64,000 bases of DNA, taken from contig JBMORA010000001.1 in assembly GCA_049320885.1 (NCBI GenBank), positions 132,095 to 196,094 of the forward strand. Reading direction: 5' to 3'. Positions 27,877 through 36,743 of this stretch are shown here, piece by piece. A program made the position numbers and the translations under genes. The stretch comes from Thermodesulfobacteriota bacterium (lineage in GTDB: Bacteria > Desulfobacterota > Desulfobacteria > Desulfobacterales > SURF-7). Within the stretch, counting starts at the first letter, position 1. Every line of letters begins with the position of its first letter. The notes under the pieces were generated by a model. The model made no database searches, was not told the origin of the DNA, and worked only from the letters and a program-made list of their open reading frames with translations.

Positions 27877-28028
27877 AAAAATATACCGAAATAGCACCGG
27901 TCCGTTATAGTCCAAATTCTGATTGATCTCTATCGGCTTTTTTCAGATGGGAGCAGTCGCGGATGACAGGGAGGGTTCCGGTTTCCAGTGCATCCATCAA
28001 GGACGAACCGGAAACCGGGAATGGCCCG

Positions 28029-31000
28029 CTACCGCATGGAAGGCGGCAGTTTGGTGAAATCATAGTATTCATACAGGCCCGGATGAACGGAATTCACATA
28101 GTCCAGCAACTGCTGATCCGAATATCCATCCACCACATAGCGTTTGATGAATCCCATTTCAGCACCGTTTTCCGAATTCCAGTTGGTATAGAACATCCGT
28201 CCCTGATGGAAGCTGTCGATGAAATATTTCCCGGAAAAACAGGTATTGAAAAACATCATTTTGTATTTACAGTCTTCCGGACGGATGTCCTGGCAATTGG
28301 TGGTGTCCAGGATGGTCTTGTTGCCGTACCGGGAGTCCTCGAAATGGGACCGGTATTCGTCATTGTTGTCGACCGCGAAGAACTGCCAGGGGATGGCCGG
28401 ATTGAATGCCGCCAGACCATCCGCGATCATCCAGCCGCTGCCGCTGCCGGTCAGGGTAACGGTGACCGCGCCTTCCGCCACGGAAAAGGTTCCAAGAGAG
28501 GCGAGCACATAACTCCCGGCCGGTGTGCCGGCGGGTTCCTGCTGGTTCAAGGTCACGGTGCCGAGCACGGTATTGTTCTGTTGAATGGTGTAGGTCACGG
28601 CCGGGTCATTGGTCGGCTCCGGATCATAAGTGACTTTGAAGTCGTAGGTACCGGCTGGATTTCTGGGTGCGTAAAACGTCAGGGTATAGGTAAACGTATC
28701 GGCGATTGTCTGGTTGGGAGTGTAGCTGAAGGTATATCCCGCGATCCCATAAAGGGTGGCGTCTTTCTGCACCGCCCAGTTGCCGCTGTGCTCCACGTGG
28801 CTGTATTCCGGTCTGGTATTGGCGATGAAAACCTCCGGATTGCTCACCGGATCGGGCTTGGCGCCCGTGGGGGAATACCAGGCCGGACCGCTGCCGGCGA
28901 AACGCTCAAGGTATTTTCCGGTGGAGGAGGATTCCACCCGGTAGTGGGTGGGATCGCCCGGCAGGGTGTAGGTCAGATAATAATTGTAGGCCGGCGTGCG
29001 GCCCGCCGGATCATCCCAGGCATAGGGCCAAATGGCGTCCGTGCCGTCCTGGTAGATGGGCGTCCAGTTGGGATAGGCCTGGCTGTACCGCAGACCGGCC
29101 GTGCTGACGTCCACCATGTGGGAGGAACAGTTGAAAATCAGGTTGTCGTCCACATAACGCACATTCTGGAGCGCGGTGTTAAACGGCGGGAAGGTCAGGC
29201 CCAACCCGTAATTGGAATGCCCGCGGATCAGGATCACGGCACCCTCCTCCCGGACCGCGGCCAGGAACTGTTCCTGGGTCGTGACCGGATGCAGAAAATA
29301 GGTCACGCCGGTATTGGGATTGGTATAGCGCCAGATGCCGTCCACCTTGACGGCTCCGTACCGCGACAGGCTCTGGCCGGCGACTTCCGCATAATCGGTG
29401 ATGCCGCCGTAAATTTCCACACAGTAGATATTTTCCGACGCGGAGGTCAGCTTGATATAGGCCGCCTTCACCATGGTGTCGCTGCCGAATTCATTGGCAG
29501 CGGTCAGGCTCACGGTATACTCGCCCTCCTGCTCATACACATGGGCCGGATTCTGCTCGGTGCTGGTCTGGCCGTCGCCGAAATCCCACAGCCATTCGGT
29601 GGCGTTACCGCCGGAGCTCAGATCCGTGAACTGGATGGTGGCGGGTGCGCCGCCGATGGTCTTGTTCGCTGAGAAATCAGCTGCCGGTGGGAGCGTGTTG
29701 ATGATTTCGGTGAATTTCACCGCATCGGCGCAGGTGGTATAGGTGCTGTTGGCACCGGTGATGGTGACCGTGTACACAACCCCGGCGACAAAGGAGAAGG
29801 TCCCCAGGGAATTCCATTGCCCGCCGTTCAGACGCTGGTTGACATAGACGGTTGCAGTTCCGCCGGCATGCTGGATGCGGATCGGTGCGTTGGTGACCCG
29901 GTTCGAAAAGTAGGTCCACCAGGCGGAAACTTCATATTCAGCCGTGGTGGATGGAATGAAGGTATATGTATAGGCGGCATTGTTCTTGGCATAAACGCTG
30001 TCGACGCCGTAGGGATCCACTGCAGTGGAAACCAGCCAGGTGCCGGTGAAGGAGGTGCCATTGTCCCCGTTGTCGATGATGACTTCTCCCGGGTCTCCGC
30101 CCGTTCCGGCGGTAATGGTGATATAGGCCGTCTTGACAGCCGTATCGTTGCCGAATCCATTGGTGGCGGTGAGGGAGACGGTGTACACGCCTTCCTGCTC
30201 ATATACATGGGCCGGATTCTGTTCGGTGCTGGTCTGGCCGTCGCCGAAATCCCACAGCCATTCGGTGGGGATACCGCCCTCACTTTGATCGGTGAACTGG
30301 ATGGTGGCAGGAGCGACACCGGTGGTTCTGTCCGCTGAGAAATCGGCTGCCGGTGGGAGCGTGTTGATGATTTCGGTGAATTTCACCGCATCGGCGCAGG
30401 TGGTGTACGTGCTGTTGGCGCCAGTGATGGTGACCGTGTAGGTTATTCCGGCGACAAAGGAGAATGTCCCCAGGGAATTCCATTGGCCGCCGTTCAGGCG
30501 CTGGTTGACATAGACGGTTGTTGTTCCGCTGGCATGCTGGATGCGGATCGGAGCGCTGGAAACTCGGTTCGAAAAATAGGTCCACCAGGCAGATACCTCA
30601 TATTCGGACGTTTTCGGCGCCGTGAAACTGTAGGTATAAGCGGCATTGTTCTTGGCATAAACGCTGTCAACACCGTAGGGATCCAGCGCGGTGGAAACCA
30701 GCCAGGTTCCGGTTGCGGAAGTTCCATAATCCCCGTTGTCGATGATGATTTCCCCCGGGTCGCCGCCTGTTCCGGCGGTAATGGTGATGTAGGCCGTCTT
30801 GACAGCCATATCGCTGCCGTATTCATTGGCGGCGGTGAGGGTGACGGTGTACACGCCCTCCTGCTCATACACGTGCGATGGATTCTGCCCGGTGCTGGTC
30901 TGGCCGTCGCCGAAATCCCACAGCCAATCCGTGGGAATACCGCCCGTGCTCCGGTCGCTGAACTGGATGGTGGCCGGAACCATGCCGGTGGTCCTGTCCG

Positions 31001-31544
31001 CTGAAAAATCGGCTGCCGGCGGGAGCGTATTGACAATCTCGGTGAACTTCATTGCATCGGCGCAGGTGGTGTACGTGCTGTTGGCGCCGGTGATGGTGAT
31101 TGTGTAGGTAATTCCGGCGACAAAGGAGAATGTCCCCAGGGAATTCCATTGGCCGCCGTTCAGGCGCTGGTTGACATAGACGGTTGTTGTTCCGCTGGCA
31201 TGCTGGATGCGGATCGGGGCGCTGGAAACCCGGTTCGAAAAGTAAGTCCACCAGGCAGACACCTCGTATTCCGAAGTTGTCGGCGCCGTGAAACTGTAAG
31301 TGTAGGTGGCATTGTTCTTGGCATAAACGCTGTCAGCGCCGTAGGGATCCAGCGCGGTGGAAACCAGCCAGGTGCCGGTGGCGGAAGTCCCGCTGTCGCC
31401 GTTGTCGATGATGATGTCAGCCGCTTCACCGGCCGTTCCAGCCGCCAATGTCAGGACCAGCATGATAACCACATGGAACAAAGAGGTCTGTAACCGCCAA
31501 AGCCACATGTTGTTCTTTTCCGCGTTGTTTCTGAATCTGTTCAT
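28029..31544 (-). CDS. secreted multidomain protein, paralog 3 (three CBD-like+PKD modules plus the conserved C-terminal region)
   Basis: ATG 31544 (MNRFRNNAEKNN...). Signal peptide present. Three IIDNGD-initiated modules followed by the same C-terminal region as paralogs 1 and 2. Confidence 0.85.
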   Translation of the reverse strand: MNRFRNNAEKNNMWLWRLQTSLFHVVIMLVLTLAAGTAGEAADIIIDNGDSGTSATGTWLVSTALDPYGADSVYAKNNATYTYSFTAPTTSEYEVSAWWTYFSNRVSSAPIRIQHASGTTTVYVNQRLNGGQWNSLGTFSFVAGITYTITITGANSTYTTCADAMKFTEIVNTLPPAADFSADRTTGMVPATIQFSDRSTGGIPTDWLWDFGDGQTSTGQNPSHVYEQEGVYTVTLTAANEYGSDMAVKTAYITITAGTGGDPGEIIIDNGDYGTSATGTWLVSTALDPYGVDSVYAKNNAAYTYSFTAPKTSEYEVSAWWTYFSNRVSSAPIRIQHASGTTTVYVNQRLNGGQWNSLGTFSFVAGITYTVTITGANSTYTTCADAVKFTEIINTLPPAADFSADRTTGVAPATIQFTDQSEGGIPTEWLWDFGDGQTSTEQNPAHVYEQEGVYTVSLTATNGFGNDTAVKTAYITITAGTGGDPGEVIIDNGDNGTSFTGTWLVSTAVDPYGVDSVYAKNNAAYTYTFIPSTTAEYEVSAWWTYFSNRVTNAPIRIQHAGGTATVYVNQRLNGGQWNSLGTFSFVAGVVYTVTITGANSTYTTCADAVKFTEIINTLPPAADFSANKTIGGAPATIQFTDLSSGGNATEWLWDFGDGQTSTEQNPAHVYEQEGEYTVSLTAANEFGSDTMVKAAYIKLTSASENIYCVEIYGGITDYAEVAGQSLSRYGAVKVDGIWRYTNPNTGVTYFLHPVTTQEQFLAAVREEGAVILIRGHSNYGLGLTFPPFNTALQNVRYVDDNLIFNCSSHMVDVSTAGLRYSQAYPNWTPIYQDGTDAIWPYAWDDPAGRTPAYNYYLTYTLPGDPTHYRVESSSTGKYLERFAGSGPAWYSPTGAKPDPVSNPEVFIANTRPEYSHVEHSGNWAVQKDATLYGIAGYTFSYTPNQTIADTFTYTLTFYAPRNPAGTYDFKVTYDPEPTNDPAVTYTIQQNNTVLGTVTLNQQEPAGTPAGSYVLASLGTFSVAEGAVTVTLTGSGSGWMIADGLAAFNPAIPWQFFAVDNNDEYRSHFEDSRYGNKTILDTTNCQDIRPEDCKYKMMFFNTCFSGKYFIDSFHQGRMFYTNWNSENGAEMGFIKRYVVDGYSDQQLLDYVNSVHPGLYEYYDFTKLPPSMR
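29423..31420 (-). repeat. 3 x 666-bp in-frame tandem coding repeat (CBD-like+PKD module), boundaries approximate
   Basis: Anchor codons at 30069, 30735 and 31401, spaced exactly 666 nt. Confidence 0.85.
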
Positions 31545-31653
31545 TACGTCCGCCCCCGGGTTTGTTATCTGAATCACTAAATGGTTTTGCCTGTTACAGC
31601 GTCAATCCGCCAGCACCTATGGTATCTATTATCAATAGCGCCCCATCGCAAAA

Positions 31654-31668
31654 GCAATAGACATGCCA
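31654..31668 (-). promoter_or_regulatory. sigma-54 (-24/-12) promoter of paralog 3, TGGCATGTCTATTGC on the minus strand
   Basis: 15-mer identical to the paralog 2 promoter, ~110 nt upstream of ATG 31544. Confidence 0.7.
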
Positions 31669-31752
31669 GTGCCCCATGCGAGCCATAAAAAAACATTGTT
31701 CTATTTTACGGGGTTACAATGCGGGAAAAAAACGGCAGCTGTTTCAAGGGGA

Positions 31753-31784
31753 AACTATGCACTATTGTTCCTATGCTATGTACT
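31753..31784 (-). promoter_or_regulatory. conserved upstream block (candidate enhancer/UAS) of paralog 3
   Basis: AACTATGCACTATTGTTCCTATGCTATGTACT. It is related to the blocks upstream of paralogs 1 and 2, about 100 nt from the -24 element. Confidence 0.4.
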
Positions 31785-31832
31785 ATTTTTCGTATTATTA
31801 TATAAAATTTTAACCATATACAAACCTGCCCA

Positions 31833-31847
31833 CCTGCCTTAGGCAGG
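31833..31847 (-). terminator. weak stem-loop after the aminotransferase gene
   Basis: CCTGCC-tta-GGCAGG, 51 nt downstream of the stop at 31898, followed by T/A-rich sequence on the minus strand. The stem is short. Confidence 0.3.
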
Positions 31848-31897
31848 ACGCTATCCGTTGCCGGGCATCCTTCCCCCAGCCGTTTTTCCATCACGGA

Positions 31898-33040
31898 TCA
31901 GCGACTGGCAAAAAACCCCTTGATGGAATCCACCACCAGATCCTGTTCCTCGGATGTCAACTCATAAAAGAACGGCAACCGGAGAAGCCGGCCGCTCATG
32001 GTTTCCGTGACCGGCAATTGCCCGTCCGTATATCCCATGGACCGGCCGATGGGCGAAAGATGCAGCGGAAGATAATGGAAAACCGCCATGATTCCCTTTG
32101 TTTTCAAATAGGCCATGAGGGCATCGCGGGTATTTTCATCGTTCAGGATGATATAAAACAGGTGGCTGTTGCCCTGGCATTCGCTGGAAAGATAGGGCAG
32201 CCGGAGCTTGCCGTCGTTCACGAGGGGAATCAATGCCTTGAAATAATAATTGTAGAGTTCCTCCCGCTGGCTGTTGATCTTGTCCATGTTTTCCAGCTGG
32301 GCGAACAAAAAAGCGGCCAGCAGGTCGGAAGGGAGATAGGATGACCCCACGTCCACCCAGTTGTATTTGTCCACCTGGCCCCGGAAGAACTTGCTGCGGT
32401 CGGTCCCCTTTTCGCGGATGATTTCGGCCCGTTCGATAAATTTTGGATTGTTGATCGCAATGGCCCCGCCTTCGCCGCTGATGAAATTTTTCGTCTCATG
32501 GAAGCTGTAGGCCCCGATGTCGCCGATGGTTCCAAGGAATTTGTCCTTGTATTTGGCGTTGACGCCCTGGGCCGCGTCCTCGATGACATACAGGTTGTGC
32601 CGCCGGGCGATATCCATAATGACTCCCATATGGCAGCCCTGGCCGGCATAATGTACCGGGACGATGGCTTTCGTTCTTTCCGTAATCGCCGCTTCGATTT
32701 TGGTCTCATCAATGTTCAAGGTGTCGGGGCGGATGTCCACGAACACCAGCTTGGCCCCCCGCAGATAAAAGGCGTTGGCCGTGGAGACGAAGGTGAAGGA
32801 GGGCAATATCACTTCATCGCCGGGTCCGACTTCGCACAGCAGGGCGGCCATCTCCAGGGCGGCGGTACAGGAATGGGTCAGCAGGACCTTGGGGATATTG
32901 AATTTTCTTTCCAGCAACTCATGACATTTTTTAGTGAACAGACCGTCCCCGGCGATTTGTCCGCTTAACACCGACTGGGAGATGTAATACAATTCCTTGC
33001 CCACGATGAAAGGCTTGTTGAACGGTATACTGTAATCCAT
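31898..33040 (-). CDS. DegT/DnrJ/EryC1 family aminotransferase, WecE-like (dTDP-4-amino-4,6-dideoxyhexose transaminase type)
   Basis: MDYSIPFNKPFIVGKELYYI N-terminus and PLP-lysine region YSFHETKNFISGEGG, typical of WecE-type sugar aminotransferases. ATG 33040 is preferred over the longer ORF. Confidence 0.8.
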   Translation of the reverse strand: MDYSIPFNKPFIVGKELYYISQSVLSGQIAGDGLFTKKCHELLERKFNIPKVLLTHSCTAALEMAALLCEVGPGDEVILPSFTFVSTANAFYLRGAKLVFVDIRPDTLNIDETKIEAAITERTKAIVPVHYAGQGCHMGVIMDIARRHNLYVIEDAAQGVNAKYKDKFLGTIGDIGAYSFHETKNFISGEGGAIAINNPKFIERAEIIREKGTDRSKFFRGQVDKYNWVDVGSSYLPSDLLAAFLFAQLENMDKINSQREELYNYYFKALIPLVNDGKLRLPYLSSECQGNSHLFYIILNDENTRDALMAYLKTKGIMAVFHYLPLHLSPIGRSMGYTDGQLPVTETMSGRLLRLPFFYELTSEEQDLVVDSIKGFFASR

Positions 33041-33104
33041 GGCCGCGGCCCCTGTCTTGAACGTCGTGCTGGTTTTTGTGGACAAGTCGCCCTCCTCAGA
33101 TAAT

Positions 33105-34421
33105 TCAGATATATTCATGCCCGATTTTCGATACAATGAACGGCGTTTTCCCGCTGTTCCTTCTTTCCAACTGGGCAACGAGCTTATAATCGATTTTGAT
33201 CTCATTCCCCAATCGTTTCCGCAAGCCGGCCTCCAGGGCTTTTTTAGAATCCTCGCTGTAGCTGCCGTCGACGATCAGGTTCAGATAGATATGATCCACG
33301 GCGTCCTGCACGCACTGGGACAGCATCACCCCTTTTGCGCCGTCAACGGAGTGCTCCAGGACATTGCCCAGGTATCGGCCGTCGGGGGTGACGATATAAT
33401 CGTTCTGCCTCCCGACGATGGCTTTTATCTTGCGGAAATGCCGGCCGCATCGGCAGACGGCAGGGTCCTTATCCAATATAACCCGGTCGCCGGTTCGATA
33501 GCGGATCAAGGGCATGGCGTAGTTGACAAACCCGGTACCGATGAGTTCTCCTTCTCCGAGCCGGGAAGAGTCGTTGCCGGTTTCATCCACAATCTCGTTG
33601 TAGGCGAAATCCTCGCAGATATGTTTGGTCTGGTGACCGCATTCCGAAATGATGGTCACATTCTCATGATGGGAATAAAAATCATATACCTTGCAGCGGT
33701 AGGCTTCCTCCAGCAGTTTCCGTCTTTGTTCGGACAGGGTTTCGCCGGCGGTGACGATGGATGTAAGGGGCCGGATCGGTTTTCCCTGCTCCCGGGCGAA
33801 CCGGGCCAGCATATAAATGGAAAACGGATACCCGATAAAAACAGACGGACCGATCCGCGCAATCATGTCCAGCAGCGTTGCCGCCGAGTCTTTTTTCAAT
33901 TGCTTTGCATCAAATCTCCACAGCCGGGCCATGGGGTAGTGCTTGAAGAACGCCCCGGGATCATCAAATTTATAGCTCTGAAACGAAAACGTTTTTCTGC
34001 CGGGAAAGTGTCCGGCCCACTGATAGCTTCTCAGCACACAGGCCAGCTTTTGCGCTTTGGCCGCATGATCCACGATAAAATGAAGGGGCGTGCCGGTGGA
34101 GCCGCTGGTGGAATCCCAATTAATACCGTATTCGGCGGCATTTTCGGCAACAAACTCGTCTTGATGGGTCCGCAGGATCTCCTTGCTCAATAACGGGATT
34201 TTATGCATGTCCTGCCGGCCGCGGAAGGTGGAAGGGTCGAGTTGTATTTTGTTAAAAAGATTTCGATAATATGGAACGTTTGCAGCGGCATGGCGCACGA
34301 TGTTGATGAGCCGCTCATCCTGGTAGGCATGGATTCTCGCCCGATCCCATTTCTGGCTCGTCAAAAAGAAAAAATATTGCTGCGCCACCCTTGCCGCGAA
34401 ACCTAGTGTCGATGTGTTCAT
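33105..34421 (-). CDS. CapK/PaaK-like adenylate-forming ligase (second copy)
   Basis: AMP-binding-like STSGSTGTP and IRYRTGDRV motifs. AGGA lies 8 nt before ATG 34421. Confidence 0.75.
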   Translation of the reverse strand: MNTSTLGFAARVAQQYFFFLTSQKWDRARIHAYQDERLINIVRHAAANVPYYRNLFNKIQLDPSTFRGRQDMHKIPLLSKEILRTHQDEFVAENAAEYGINWDSTSGSTGTPLHFIVDHAAKAQKLACVLRSYQWAGHFPGRKTFSFQSYKFDDPGAFFKHYPMARLWRFDAKQLKKDSAATLLDMIARIGPSVFIGYPFSIYMLARFAREQGKPIRPLTSIVTAGETLSEQRRKLLEEAYRCKVYDFYSHHENVTIISECGHQTKHICEDFAYNEIVDETGNDSSRLGEGELIGTGFVNYAMPLIRYRTGDRVILDKDPAVCRCGRHFRKIKAIVGRQNDYIVTPDGRYLGNVLEHSVDGAKGVMLSQCVQDAVDHIYLNLIVDGSYSEDSKKALEAGLRKRLGNEIKIDYKLVAQLERRNSGKTPFIVSKIGHEYI

Positions 34422-34464
34422 CCCGGATTCCTTTTTACTGCTCACGGTTGCGGACAGACACCCA

Positions 34465-35703
34465 CTACCATTCAATACCCCGAATACCACCGGGTGTTGC
34501 GACTTCAATCACCAGCGTTTCCTGAACCTGCTTGATGGTTTCCTGCAAATCGTTCCGGTCCTTTCCGGCAACCAGAATCGGCCCGAGCCGCAGAGTCTTG
34601 TCTTTCAGTGGACTGATATGATTTCCCACCCGGATGTCCTCCAGGCTGACTTTTTTCACCCCCGGCAGGGAGCTGAGTTCCTCGATGCCGCTTACTCGCC
34701 GGATTTCCCCTTCCGGCAGATAAAAACAGAGATAACCCGAGGACCGGTGCTGGATATCGGCCTTGTCGATCCGGACCCTGCCGGAATCGGTGGCGCAGGT
34801 GATCAACAGTTCGTTGACATTGATGCCGGAAGCCAAGGGGACGAGATCCGAGGAAATGAAGACGCCGCCTCCCCGGATGGCGGTTTCCACCAGATGGACA
34901 TCGCCGGTGTCCGGATCGATGAGGTATTCGCTGTGGGTGTTGCCGAATTTCGGCGCGAAACTCTTGATCAGATGTTCGTTAATGTTCAATACTTTTTGCT
35001 GAATATCCCCCGGCAGCAGGGAGGGATACAGGGTTTGCTTGGGGATGAACATATCGGGAAGATGGAAATAATACCGGTCGCCGATGGTCAGGTTGGTAAA
35101 CTGGAAATCAAAGGCGAATCCCTGGACAACCACCTCTTTCCGGTTCGGCAGAAACTGCTCTACGATGGCGGTCTTGCAGGCGGAAAAGCCGATGGCACTG
35201 TTCAATTTGTCTTTCAGATCATGCCGGCCGTTGACCCTGCTGACGCCGCGGCTGCCCTGACTGTCCACCGGCTTCACAACCAGGGGAAAGCCCAGTTCTT
35301 CCGCCCGATCCCGGGCGTCTTCATAGGATTTGGACAGGAAATGCTTTGGCACGGGGACCCCGATGCTGTCGCAATATTCCCTCATCTGGAATTTATTGGT
35401 GAACCGCAGGGCGCAATCGTACCCGATCCCGGGGAGTCCCAGTTGCTCCGCAATATAGGCGGCCGTCAGAACCGGGATATCCGTCTGATCGGTCAAAATC
35501 CCGCAGATATTTTCGGCTTTCGCAACCCTCAGGATTTCATCCTGATCCCGCACGTCGATTTCACAGGCCTTGTCGGCGGTTTTGAATCCGGGATAATCCC
35601 CCTTCATGCTCACCGCGATGGTGAAGAAACCCATTTCCTGGGCCTGCCGGATGACCGGCACCTGACATTTTCCCGCACCTAAAATCATCAGTTTTTGTTT
35701 CAA
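34465..35703 (-). CDS. ATP-grasp domain protein
   Basis: MKQKLMILGAGKCQVPVIRQAQEMGF pre-ATP-grasp N-terminus. Central LGFPLVVKPVDSQGSRGV and C-terminal E.N.R-type region (LVETAIRGGG). TTG 35703 overlaps the upstream TGA; the alternative start is ATG 35688. Confidence 0.75.
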   Translation of the reverse strand: MKQKLMILGAGKCQVPVIRQAQEMGFFTIAVSMKGDYPGFKTADKACEIDVRDQDEILRVAKAENICGILTDQTDIPVLTAAYIAEQLGLPGIGYDCALRFTNKFQMREYCDSIGVPVPKHFLSKSYEDARDRAEELGFPLVVKPVDSQGSRGVSRVNGRHDLKDKLNSAIGFSACKTAIVEQFLPNRKEVVVQGFAFDFQFTNLTIGDRYYFHLPDMFIPKQTLYPSLLPGDIQQKVLNINEHLIKSFAPKFGNTHSEYLIDPDTGDVHLVETAIRGGGVFISSDLVPLASGINVNELLITCATDSGRVRIDKADIQHRSSGYLCFYLPEGEIRRVSGIEELSSLPGVKKVSLEDIRVGNHISPLKDKTLRLGPILVAGKDRNDLQETIKQVQETLVIEVATPGGIRGIEW

Positions 35704-36698
35704 TTATCGTTTCCCTCCGCTCCGGTTGCATCCGATATGGCCAGTTTCGGTGTTTGTTCACGAATCACATAGGGCGGTTTTCCCATGGTCCGAAAATGCA
35801 TCCTGGCCAGATATTCTCCGATGATGCCGATGGCAAACAACTGGAGACCGGCGAAGAGCGCGATTTCCGCCGCCATGAAGGCGAAGCCGGGGACATAGCG
35901 GGTCTGTATAATGCGCCGCACAATCACGTACACAAACATCAAAAAACCCATGAAAGAAGTAACCAGCCCCAGGGCGCTGGCGATCCGCAGGGGTAGCGTC
36001 GAATAGCCGGTCAACATATTGAAGGCCAGCAACATCAATTTGGTCAAGGAATAACTCGACCTGCCGACCTTGCGCGGCTGATGATCAACCGGAATATTGG
36101 TCACGCCGGCCACGCTCCACGACAACAACACATCGATGGACAACTGGGGATCGTTGAAATTCTGAAAGCCTTTCATCAGAATGGAACGAAAGGCCCGGAA
36201 TGCGCTGCTGTGCCCTCCCATCTCGGCGCCGAGCACCACTTTTAATATGCCTTTCAACATCCGGGACGAGAAATTGCGGGCCGCGCTGTGCTGCCGGACC
36301 CTCGGCTTGCCGTACACCACATCGTATCCCTCGACAAGCTTCGCGAGCAGGTTGGGAATTTCTTCCGGCGGATTCTGCAAATCGTCATCGATGGTGACGA
36401 TAAAATCGTATCTCGCGTTTTGAATGCCCGCCAGCAACGCATTATGCTGGCCATAGTTGTGCATCAAGGTCATGCCGCGGACCTGCTTATTCGAACGCGA
36501 CAAATCGGTGATCACCTGCCAGCTTCTGTCACGACTCCCGTCGTTGACGAATATGATCTCAAATCGATCCACCAGCGGCGTCAGTGCCAGACCGATCCTC
36601 TCGGCAAGCTCGGCCAGGGTCGCCTCGCTGTTATAAACCGGAACAACCACGGAAACGGAACTGGACGATAGAAGCTCATGTTTTTCGTTACCGGTCAT
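35700..36698 (-). CDS. GT2 polyprenyl-phosphate glycosyltransferase (ArnC/GtrB/DPM1-like)
   Basis: VSVVVPVYNSEATL, IFVNDGSRDRS and TIDDDLQNPPEE motifs plus two C-terminal TM helices. This architecture is typical of undecaprenyl-phosphate sugar transferases. Confidence 0.8.
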   Translation of the reverse strand: MTGNEKHELLSSSSVSVVVPVYNSEATLAELAERIGLALTPLVDRFEIIFVNDGSRDRSWQVITDLSRSNKQVRGMTLMHNYGQHNALLAGIQNARYDFIVTIDDDLQNPPEEIPNLLAKLVEGYDVVYGKPRVRQHSAARNFSSRMLKGILKVVLGAEMGGHSSAFRAFRSILMKGFQNFNDPQLSIDVLLSWSVAGVTNIPVDHQPRKVGRSSYSLTKLMLLAFNMLTGYSTLPLRIASALGLVTSFMGFLMFVYVIVRRIIQTRYVPGFAFMAAEIALFAGLQLFAIGIIGEYLARMHFRTMGKPPYVIREQTPKLAISDATGAEGNDN

Positions 36699-36743
36699 CC
36701 TTTACCTCGTATTTGTATCGGTTCTTCCCTTATGCCTGGTTGA

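Noticed and set aside
26160-31420. The regular 666-bp periodic repeats were considered as a possible CRISPR array or a diversity-generating retroelement target.
   Set aside because: The period is far too long for CRISPR, and the repeats are in-frame protein modules. No cas genes, reverse transcriptase or template repeat were seen in the window.
33039-35682. Long antisense ORFs opposite other genes: 33039-34193, 34414-35682, 39447-40241, 41996-42952, 50788-52227, 55720-56532 and 1370-2224.
   Set aside because: Same codon-aligned shadow effect. The opposite-strand genes carry clear family motifs (AMP-binding, ATP-grasp, OMP, PP-loop, 16 CxxCH, CCG domain), while the shadows have none.
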